The position numbers and the translations under genes are program-made. The notes beneath the pieces were generated by a model, which searched no databases, was not told where the DNA came from, and saw only the letters and a program-made list of their open reading frames with translations. From NCBI GenBank assembly GCA_902619615.1, contig CACNFD010000004.1, positions 51,275 to 115,274 on the forward strand: 64,000 nt of DNA. Reading direction: 5' to 3'. Of the stretch, positions 46,651 through 54,602 are shown one piece after another (position 1 is the stretch's first letter; each line of letters starts with the position of its first letter). This DNA is from an uncultured SAR116 cluster alpha proteobacterium (GTDB lineage Bacteria; Pseudomonadota; Alphaproteobacteria; Puniceispirillales; Marisalimonadaceae).

Positions 46651-47610
46651 ATGTATCTTAATTATCCAAAGCCGACAGAATCAATAAAAGTTGCAAAAAA
46701 TGACTTAAAAAAATGGGGTTATTGTTTACTTAAAAACGCTATTCCACAAGATCTTAATAACAGGGCTATGAAAAGATTAATTGAACAGGCTAATGCAGAA
46801 AAAGAATTAAATCTGGCATACGAGGATGGCAGTGAAAAAAAGAAATGGGGTGAATTCCATAAAAATACTGATGCCCTTGGGGTCAACCAACGAGTATGGA
46901 TGTTGCCTAATAAAGGCAAAGTATTTTTAGATATTTTAGCAAAACACAACTATGTAGATTGCGTAAAAGAAATTGTTGGAGATGAATTCCTAGTTTCAAG
47001 TTTTGGAGCAAATATTGCTAAGCCTGGAGGGGTTGCAATGGATCTTCATACTGATCAATGGTGGTTTCCAGACCCAGTAAATAGAAATGATGATTTTTTG
47101 CCTCCAGGATCTATTAAAAGAAACAAATTTAATATCAAAATCAATGAAAATATTAATAACAATAACGAACTTATTTCAAGGCCAGCTGTAACAAACGTTT
47201 TAATAATGCTAAATGGAATGAGTAAAGAAAATGGGGGTACGCGTATTGTCCCAGGATCTCATTTATTTGGACGTCATCCAGATAAAGTTTTAGATAAAGA
47301 TATAGAAGTTATATCTGCTGAAGGCCCCCCTGGTTGTGCTATTGTTACGGATGGTAGGGTATGGCACGGAACAGGTGCAAATATTACAAAGGATAATAGG
47401 CTTGCATTATTAATAACTTTTTGTGGCCCACAATTTAGACCTCAAGAAAATTTTACCTTAGGTATAAAAAAAGATGTTTTTTCAAATTTAAATGACTATC
47501 AAAAAGAATTACTAGGGTTTAAAGTTTGGAATGGATATGGAAGAATTGGAAATCCTACTGATACATTTCTTGATATAGAAAACCATGAAATTGGTGAATT
47601 AAAAATTTAA
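46651..47610 (+). CDS. phytanoyl-CoA dioxygenase (PhyH) family Fe(II)/2-oxoglutarate oxygenase
   Basis: HxD in DLHTDQWW, distal His in RVWHGTGAN, and RIVPGSH. Confidence 0.8.
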   Translation: MYLNYPKPTESIKVAKNDLKKWGYCLLKNAIPQDLNNRAMKRLIEQANAEKELNLAYEDGSEKKKWGEFHKNTDALGVNQRVWMLPNKGKVFLDILAKHNYVDCVKEIVGDEFLVSSFGANIAKPGGVAMDLHTDQWWFPDPVNRNDDFLPPGSIKRNKFNIKINENINNNNELISRPAVTNVLIMLNGMSKENGGTRIVPGSHLFGRHPDKVLDKDIEVISAEGPPGCAIVTDGRVWHGTGANITKDNRLALLITFCGPQFRPQENFTLGIKKDVFSNLNDYQKELLGFKVWNGYGRIGNPTDTFLDIENHEIGELKI

Positions 47611-47671
47611 ACTATTGCCTAAACTTTATTTACGTATCATAAAATCTACCTAAAGATTAGATTGGTACATT

Positions 47672-48901
47672 ATGAATTTTATAATTGAAAATGCTAGATG
47701 GTTGTTAGCAACAGCTCTTTTGTATTTTAGTTCCTGTTTTGGGCAAACTTTTTTTATTTCATTATTTGCTGGTGAAATTAGACAAGCATTTGATTTGTCT
47801 CATGGCGATTGGGGCGCTATCTACTCTGTGGGAACATTAGTTTCTGCTATGGCTATGTTAGTTTTTGGTGGGTACATTGATAAATATAAAATTACATCAA
47901 ACATAAAAATTGTAATCATTTGCTTAAGCCTCCTTTGTTTAAGCATGACCTTTATTGAGATTTTTTGGCTTCTTCCATTAATAATTTTTGGACTCAGATT
48001 TTTTGGTCAAGGAATGCTAATGCACATACCTGCTGTGGCAATTGGTAAATGGTATGGAAAAAACAAGGGTAAGGCTTTATCTTTATCGATAATGGGATTT
48101 TCAATTGGGGAAGCAATATTCCCAGTAGTATTTGTGAGTTTGTTTACAATTATTGGTTGGAGAAATAGTTGGGTTATTGGAATGATTATATTGTTATTCT
48201 TATTACCTGTAATATTGAAGTTATTATCCAATGAAAGAATTCCTAACAGTAAACAAGAGAACATTTCTGATCAATTAGGTATGCAGAATAAGCATTGGAC
48301 CAGAAAACAGGCTCTTAATCATTGGGTGTTTTGGGCTGTGATAGTGCCTTTTTTAATTCCTCCGATTTTTTCTACTGCCTTCTTTTTTAATATGGTTCAC
48401 TTAACAGAAATTAAAGATTGGTCTTTAATTTCTTTTACTGCCCTATTTCCATTCTATACTTCAATGTCCATTTTCACTACTTTATGCTCTGGTTGGATCC
48501 TAGACAAATTTGGTGTTGAAAAAATTTTACCATTCTACTTACTACCAATGTCCTTAGGATTGTTAATATTTTCTTTAGGTAACACATATCTTCATGCAAT
48601 GATTGGACTTGCCTTTCTAGGAATGACCCAAGGATTAGCAATGACAATCGGGGGAACTTTTTGGCCAAATTACTACGGAACAAAAAATTTGGGATCTGTT
48701 AGATCTTTATCAACATCAACAATGGTGTTTGGGACTTCATTAGGTCCAGTAATAGTAGGTGTGCTATTAGATTTTGGACATAATTATAATTCTATTTTAT
48801 TAGGAATGTGTATATTAGCTATGTTTGCAAGCATTTCTTTAGCTATTACCATGAAGCATGCACCAAAACTATTATCTAACAATATCAAGAAGGGAGCTTA
48901 A
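47672..48901 (+). CDS. MFS transporter
   Basis: 409 aa, about 12 TM, with loop motifs typical of the MFS. Confidence 0.8.
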   Translation: MNFIIENARWLLATALLYFSSCFGQTFFISLFAGEIRQAFDLSHGDWGAIYSVGTLVSAMAMLVFGGYIDKYKITSNIKIVIICLSLLCLSMTFIEIFWLLPLIIFGLRFFGQGMLMHIPAVAIGKWYGKNKGKALSLSIMGFSIGEAIFPVVFVSLFTIIGWRNSWVIGMIILLFLLPVILKLLSNERIPNSKQENISDQLGMQNKHWTRKQALNHWVFWAVIVPFLIPPIFSTAFFFNMVHLTEIKDWSLISFTALFPFYTSMSIFTTLCSGWILDKFGVEKILPFYLLPMSLGLLIFSLGNTYLHAMIGLAFLGMTQGLAMTIGGTFWPNYYGTKNLGSVRSLSTSTMVFGTSLGPVIVGVLLDFGHNYNSILLGMCILAMFASISLAITMKHAPKLLSNNIKKGA

Positions 48902-48902
48902 C

Positions 48903-49352
48903 ATGTTGAACATTTATCTTTCAGGAGAAATTCACACTGATTGGCGTGAAGAAATAATCAATTTATGCAAAAATGAAAATTTAAATATTTCTTTTTCCTC
49001 TCCAATAATAAATCATGAAGCTTCTGATAATTGTGGAGTCGAAATATTAGGACAAGAAGAAAAAAATTTCTGGAAAGACAGTAAAGGTGCTAATATTAAC
49101 TCTATAAAAACAAGAAAAGCAATTAAAGATGCTGATATTGTGATTGTTAAATTTGGAGAAAAATATAAACAATGGAATGCAGCTTTTGATGCTGGTTTTG
49201 CTGCAGCTTTAAACAAATCTATAATTGTAATCCATAATGATGAGCATCAACATGCATTGAAAGAAGTAGATGCAGCAGCATCTGCTGTTGCAAAAGATCA
49301 GTATCAAGTTGTAAGAATCCTAAAATATATTCTAGAAGGTTCTCTAAATTAA
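48903..49352 (+). CDS. YtoQ family protein (nucleoside 2-deoxyribosyltransferase-like fold, function unknown)
   Basis: ATG 48903 lies 1 nt after the MFS stop. Begins MLNIYLSGEIHTDWREEI and carries QWNAAFDAGFAAALNKSIIV, matching my recollection of the YtoQ family. Confidence 0.7.
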   Translation: MLNIYLSGEIHTDWREEIINLCKNENLNISFSSPIINHEASDNCGVEILGQEEKNFWKDSKGANINSIKTRKAIKDADIVIVKFGEKYKQWNAAFDAGFAAALNKSIIVIHNDEHQHALKEVDAAASAVAKDQYQVVRILKYILEGSLN

Positions 49353-49371
49353 ACTAAGTTAGAAAATTTTA

Positions 49372-49836
49372 ATGTTTCATATAATTTTGTATAATCCTGA
49401 AATCCCACCTAATACAGGTAATATTATTAGGTTAGCAGCTAATACTGGCACTCAATTACATTTAATTAGACCATTAGGTTTTAATCTAAGTAATAATTCA
49501 CTTAAAAGAGCCGGCCTAGATTATAAAAAAGATGCAAATTTTTTTTTACATGATAGTTTTGATTTATGTTTAAATTCAATAAAGTGTAATGAAGTTTATG
49601 CATTTACCAAATTTGCTAAAAAAACTTTTACTAAAATAAAATTTAAAAGAAATGATTGCTTCTTATTTGGAAGTGAAACCGGCGGATTACCTGATAACAT
49701 CTTAGATAAAATTAAAGTTACAAATAAGCTTAGGATACCCATGATTATGAATAGTAGAAGCCTTAATCTAAGTAACTCAGTGGCAATAACAGTTTATGAA
49801 GGACTAAGACAAAATAAGTTTGAAAATTTAATTTAA
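49372..49836 (+). CDS. trmL: tRNA (cytidine/uridine-2'-O-)-methyltransferase TrmL (SpoU family)
   Basis: 154 aa. Begins MFHIILYNPEIPPNTGNIIRL and carries FGSETGGLP and LNLSNSVAI. Confidence 0.88.
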   Translation: MFHIILYNPEIPPNTGNIIRLAANTGTQLHLIRPLGFNLSNNSLKRAGLDYKKDANFFLHDSFDLCLNSIKCNEVYAFTKFAKKTFTKIKFKRNDCFLFGSETGGLPDNILDKIKVTNKLRIPMIMNSRSLNLSNSVAITVYEGLRQNKFENLI

Positions 49837-49863
49837 AGATTAGTTTAAGGTTTAAGTTTAGAT

Positions 49864-50496
49864 ATGGGTATTTATGAATGGCTGTCTATTACACTTATTT
49901 GTGTAGCAGGTGCAACAACACCTGGACCAAGTGTTTTAGTAATAATTTACATAAATAATACTAGAGGCTTTTTATCAGGAATCATGGCTTCATTAGCGCA
50001 TGGGCTTGGTATATTTATTTATGCCCTAATCTCTATTTACACTATAAGTCTAATTGATAAAAATTTACCCATAATGATACCATTCATTCAATTGATGGGT
50101 GCAATATTTCTTATATTTTTTGGTTATAAAATAATTTTTTTTAAAACAAATGAAAAAAACATAAACAAGAATTATATAATATCAAAAAAAGTTACAGATA
50201 GTTTTTTTTGGGGACTTACAACATCTCTAATAAACCCAAAAATTCTAATTTTTTTTACATCTGTTTTTAGTCAGTTTATAAATAACGACTTTAATGACTA
50301 TAACAAAGTTGGGATTGGATTATTAGCAGCAGTAATTGACACAGTCTGGTATATTTTAGTTTCCTACTCAGTTAACCTTCCAAAATTAAAAAACTACATA
50401 ATCCTTCATCAAGAATTATTTTTTTTATTTTTTGGGTTTATTTTAATTATTTTTTCTATTTATTTAATTAGTATGTCAATTGAGTATTTTATTTGA
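49864..50496 (+). CDS. LysE/RhtB family amino-acid efflux protein
   Basis: 210 aa, 6 TM, with an N-terminal TPGPS motif. Confidence 0.75.
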   Translation: MGIYEWLSITLICVAGATTPGPSVLVIIYINNTRGFLSGIMASLAHGLGIFIYALISIYTISLIDKNLPIMIPFIQLMGAIFLIFFGYKIIFFKTNEKNINKNYIISKKVTDSFFWGLTTSLINPKILIFFTSVFSQFINNDFNDYNKVGIGLLAAVIDTVWYILVSYSVNLPKLKNYIILHQELFFLFFGFILIIFSIYLISMSIEYFI

Positions 50497-51870
50497 TAAT
50501 CTATTAAGCCCATTATCTGAAGATATTTTTAAAACATCAAAATTTTGATTATTTTCTATTTTCATCCAATCAATAGTACTTAATTGATCACATTTTGGGC
50601 AATGTAATTCCCAATGATGATTTTTATTACCACAGGAATAACAAAAATAATTATATCCTTCTTTAGCGCTTGCAGCTTTTTCAAGATAATTCTTAACTAC
50701 TTCAGGATTATTTTGAGATCCAGCTATATCAGCTAACGCTTGATATGCTCTGGTTGTAAGTTTATCCTCGGGAATATCTTTTAATAGTTTTTCAGCCTCT
50801 CCCCAAATTTCCTCTGAAATAGCGTAACATGCCACTTCTATTTTAAGATCATTTTTAATTTCTTTGGAAAATTTTTTATTCAAAAGATTTATCGCTTTTG
50901 AAACACGAGATCCTGATGTTTTTAAATTCCATTTTTTTGATAGTTCTTCTAAAATATCTGGGTTAGCTGTTAATAAAAAAGTTTTTTCTAATTGATCGAT
51001 TGACTTTGTCTTTGAACCAATACCTTTAATAAGGCCTGACAACTTTACAGAAACTCCAATATGACTTGGTTTTTGTTTATACGCTTCTTTTAAATGATTG
51101 GTAGCAAGATAACTTTTTTCATCTTCTAAGTAATCTAATGCCTTTAAGTAATTTAAATCCGCTGATATATTTTTGTATATATTATCTTCCATAAAATTAA
51201 GTTTTTTTAATTTATTTAGGTATACAATAGAATTTGAAATGTCTTTCAGCTTTGCATATGAAAATAATAAAACTTCTAAAATTTGTTTTGACTTAGGTTC
51301 AAATTTAAGGGCCTTTAGACCTTCATTAATAATTTCATTTAAATCTTTTTTATCAAATATTGCTTGTCTCATAAGTGCTAAATGACCAACAAATGCTGTA
51401 GATGGTTCATCAGTAAGCTGCTTAAAATAATTTTTTGATAATTCTTCATTTTCATTAGAGTTTTTATTTATTTTGTTAAAGACATTAATATGTGTGTTTA
51501 ATAATTTACCCAAATTTTTATCCTTAGTATTCCTTGATACTAAAGCAGCTTCTTTTGCTGCAGTTTCTAATTCTCCATGACTTGCTAATAAAAATGCCTT
51601 TACTAATTTTTGTTCGACTTTTTTATTATTGTTAGCTTCAAATCGTCTTAATGTCGCTTTTGGCAAATTCAAAAAAGCTAGCCAAATTCTGTCAATAAAG
51701 ATTAAAATTACAGAAAATAAAATAATAATTATAATAAACCTGTCTGTAGGTATTTGAATTCCCCACTCCATCCAATTTATAGATGTTACTCCCGGACGCT
51801 CAGAAAAGAACTCTGATAAATACCATATAATGGAGATAAATATAATTAGTTTTAAGATTTTAAAAATCAC
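50476..51870 (-). CDS. HemY-like heme-biosynthesis-associated TPR membrane protein with C-terminal zinc ribbon
   Basis: N-terminal two-TM HemY_N-like region, a helical repeat body, and CYSC-x11-CPKC near the C-terminus. It lies downstream of hemC-hemD. Confidence 0.7.
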   Translation of the reverse strand: MIFKILKLIIFISIIWYLSEFFSERPGVTSINWMEWGIQIPTDRFIIIIILFSVILIFIDRIWLAFLNLPKATLRRFEANNNKKVEQKLVKAFLLASHGELETAAKEAALVSRNTKDKNLGKLLNTHINVFNKINKNSNENEELSKNYFKQLTDEPSTAFVGHLALMRQAIFDKKDLNEIINEGLKALKFEPKSKQILEVLLFSYAKLKDISNSIVYLNKLKKLNFMEDNIYKNISADLNYLKALDYLEDEKSYLATNHLKEAYKQKPSHIGVSVKLSGLIKGIGSKTKSIDQLEKTFLLTANPDILEELSKKWNLKTSGSRVSKAINLLNKKFSKEIKNDLKIEVACYAISEEIWGEAEKLLKDIPEDKLTTRAYQALADIAGSQNNPEVVKNYLEKAASAKEGYNYFCYSCGNKNHHWELHCPKCDQLSTIDWMKIENNQNFDVLKISSDNGLNRLSNKILN

Positions 51871-51886
51871 TTATTCACTCTTTTTT

Positions 51887-52738
51887 TTAATTTTGATTTA
51901 ATGCTCTTTCAAAGCTATCTATTGAGTCTTTTATAGTTTCTTTCCAATTGTTAGGAAGTGTCTTTATGATAGATAAAAAATTATTAAAATTTTTGTTCTC
52001 AAGTTCTTTTTCTGCCATCGTAATTAATCCTCTAGGGGTGGTGTTATCTGAAAACTTTCTAAGTTTTAAAAAACCTGCAAAATAATTTTTCAATCTATTC
52101 AAATAGGTTTGTTCACTTAGAACTTCATCGTAATTGGAAGATGAACCAAGGTCTTTTTTTGAGAGAAGTTTTTCTATTATTATTTTACCTTCTTTTATAA
52201 GTTCTTTTTGAGATTTCTCTATATTTTGTGAAAACTTCCTGTGCTCATAAGAGTTTTTAACTTGAACAGCATTATTGTTTTGTTCTATTTCTTTATTTGC
52301 TGTTTCAGTTTTGTTTTCTAAAATTTTAATTTTATTTGAGATTTTATCTAGCTGTTCATTTATCAATAACAGGGAATTACCTTGATTTTTAATTTCAAGG
52401 TTTATTGTTTCGCTAGTATTAAAATCAAGTTTATTAAGCTTATTTTTAAGTAATTTAATTTCTGTATTAATTTCATTAATTTTTATATTTTCTTTATCTT
52501 TTAAAGCCTCAATCTCGTTGTTTAGTTGAATGATTTTATTTGACTGTTGTTCAATATGATTTGGCAAATAATATAGTGTTAACCAAATTAAAATTATAAT
52601 AAACGAAAACACGATTATAAATGGTATTAAAAAAATAGGATTTTTTAAAATAATTGTTTTTTGTGTATCATCTACTGGCTCCATATCGATGATTGTTTCT
52701 TTATCACTCTTAACTTTATGAGTTTTGGCTTTTATCAT
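51887..52738 (-). CDS. alphaproteobacterial Mic60 (mitofilin)-like membrane protein
   Basis: One N-terminal TM helix, a long Asn/Lys/Glu-rich coiled coil, and a C-terminal segment (TPRGLITMAEKELENKNFNNFLSIIKTLPNNWKETIKDSI) with the mitofilin-domain pattern. Synteny is hemC-hemD-X-hemY. Confidence 0.6.
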   Translation of the reverse strand: MIKAKTHKVKSDKETIIDMEPVDDTQKTIILKNPIFLIPFIIVFSFIIILIWLTLYYLPNHIEQQSNKIIQLNNEIEALKDKENIKINEINTEIKLLKNKLNKLDFNTSETINLEIKNQGNSLLLINEQLDKISNKIKILENKTETANKEIEQNNNAVQVKNSYEHRKFSQNIEKSQKELIKEGKIIIEKLLSKKDLGSSSNYDEVLSEQTYLNRLKNYFAGFLKLRKFSDNTTPRGLITMAEKELENKNFNNFLSIIKTLPNNWKETIKDSIDSFERALNQN

Positions 52739-52755
52739 CGTTATGTCCCTGTTTA

Positions 52756-53505
52756 CTAAGGTAATTTGATTATATTATCTAAAAATTCTTTAGTAAAATT
52801 TTTCTTGATAACTTTTATATTTCTCCAACCTAAACTCTCTGCTTTTTTAGCAACATTTTCACTATTAACATATAAAGTTGCTTTATTTTTAACAATGTTG
52901 AATAAATTGTAATTTTCTAAAATTTGTTTTGCAATTGAAATATTTCTTGACGAAAATATGACTAAATTTAAGAAATCATATTCAATTAAATCCATTTGCA
53001 AAGGCCTCGGCAATTCTAAAATTGGATGGGTGCTATAACCTTCGAAAATTTCTATTTTTCTGTTGTTATTTAATAATTTTTTTTCAAGTTCAATACTTCT
53101 ATTTTTAGCAGCAATCCATAAACCATAATCTTCTTTTTTAGTGTTAATAACAATTAGCTTATGTAAAGATTGAGAACTATTATTTGCTTGTAAAATATTA
53201 GTATAAGATAATTTTTTCAATTGATATGTGGTTTCAAATCCTACAGAAAAAATTCTTATATCTTTAGTGAAATTGCCCATTGTGTCTAAAATTATCTTTT
53301 CAAGAATTTTTAATGCTTTAGGACTTGTTATAATAATATAATTAAAATCATTTTTAGAAATATTTAAGCTTTTAAAATCTTCATATTTTAATGTTGTTAT
53401 AGGAAACGGTTTTGAAAAAAACCCATTATCATTTAGATATTGTGAATTCCTTTCAGCGTCTTTTTTTTCTCTAAGGACAAAAGTTATTGTTTTTGATTTT
53501 TTAAT
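52756..53505 (-). CDS. hemD: uroporphyrinogen-III synthase; start codon unresolved (candidate ATT at 53505)
   Basis: The track ORF starts at ATG 53280, but the same frame is open for 75 more codons up to a TGA at 53511..53509. These encode IKKSKTITFVLREKKDAERNSQYLNDNGFFSKPFPITTL...YIIITSPKALKIL, the expected HemD N-terminal half-domain. AGGAG at 53517..53513 lies 7 nt before the ATT. Confidence 0.7.
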   Translation of the reverse strand: MKKSKTITFVLREKKDAERNSQYLNDNGFFSKPFPITTLKYEDFKSLNISKNDFNYIIITSPKALKILEKIILDTMGNFTKDIRIFSVGFETTYQLKKLSYTNILQANNSSQSLHKLIVINTKKEDYGLWIAAKNRSIELEKKLLNNNRKIEIFEGYSTHPILELPRPLQMDLIEYDFLNLVIFSSRNISIAKQILENYNLFNIVKNKATLYVNSENVAKKAESLGWRNIKVIKKNFTKEFLDNIIKLP

Positions 53506-53529
53506 CCATCAACTCCTTGTTTAATGAAG

Positions 53530-54444
53530 TTATTTAAATAAAAAGTCACCGTTGGTTTGAGCTTTAATTTTATTTCCTAACTCTTTACCTAACTTAATTG
53601 CGTCTTTTATCGATCCTTTAATTTTAGATCTAATTACTTTCGTACCATCTAAAGTTGCAATTGCTCCATATAATATTAATTCTTTACTATCGGTAAAATG
53701 TGCGCTTGCTGAAATTGGAGATCTACAAGAACCATCTAAAGTTTTTAATAGACTTCTTTCCGCTAAAGTTTCAAAAAAAGCCCTTTCATCGTTAATTTTA
53801 TTTAAGAGCATCTTTAATTGTTTTTGATATTTAATATTACCATTTGTAGTAGACTGAATTGCAATAACTCCTTGAGAAGATGCTGGAGGAATAATTTCAT
53901 TTGGAATTATGTTACCAACGTTTATATTTAACCTATCCAAACCTGCTTTGGCTAATATAATTGCATCATATAATCCAGAGTTTAGCTTTTCAATTCGAGT
54001 TTCAACATTACCTCTCAGAATCTTTATGTTTAAATCAGGCCTATAATATTTAGCAAAAGCAGCTCTTCTTACAGAACTTGTTCCCACAATTGCTTTATCT
54101 GGCAAATTATCGAATGAATCATAATTTCCTAACAAGACATCACTTCTATCACCTCTTGGAAGAACAGCTGAGATTTCAGTATTCTTTGCAATATCTGTTT
54201 CCATATCTTTCATTGAGTGAACAGCAATATCTGCAAGCCCACATAAAATAAAATGTTCTAATTCCTTAATAAAAAGACCTTTACCCCCAATTTCAGACAA
54301 AGATTTATTTAAAATTTTGTCTCCTGATGTGGTAACTTTAATAGTTTCAGTTTCAATATCTTTTCCAAAATAATTTTTAACAATATCCACTTGTCGTAAA
54401 GCGAGTTCTGATTTTCGAGTAGCAATTCTTATTTTAAGTGTCAT
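53530..54444 (-). CDS. hemC: hydroxymethylbilane synthase (porphobilinogen deaminase)
   Basis: Begins MTLKIRIATRKSELALRQ and carries GTSSVRR and the cofactor Cys region LDGSCRSPI. Confidence 0.93.
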   Translation of the reverse strand: MTLKIRIATRKSELALRQVDIVKNYFGKDIETETIKVTTSGDKILNKSLSEIGGKGLFIKELEHFILCGLADIAVHSMKDMETDIAKNTEISAVLPRGDRSDVLLGNYDSFDNLPDKAIVGTSSVRRAAFAKYYRPDLNIKILRGNVETRIEKLNSGLYDAIILAKAGLDRLNINVGNIIPNEIIPPASSQGVIAIQSTTNGNIKYQKQLKMLLNKINDERAFFETLAERSLLKTLDGSCRSPISASAHFTDSKELILYGAIATLDGTKVIRSKIKGSIKDAIKLGKELGNKIKAQTNGDFLFK

Positions 54445-54602
54445 TTTAATTTATTAATCTTTTATATTATCAAGTTATTTATTAATTCTTGAATATTTCT
54501 ATACACTTATAGTAAATCGTAAAACATACAATATTAATTTATATTGCATTACTTAGTTTTAAATTTAATTTATAGTAAAATTTTAATTTACTTAGGAATT
54601 TT

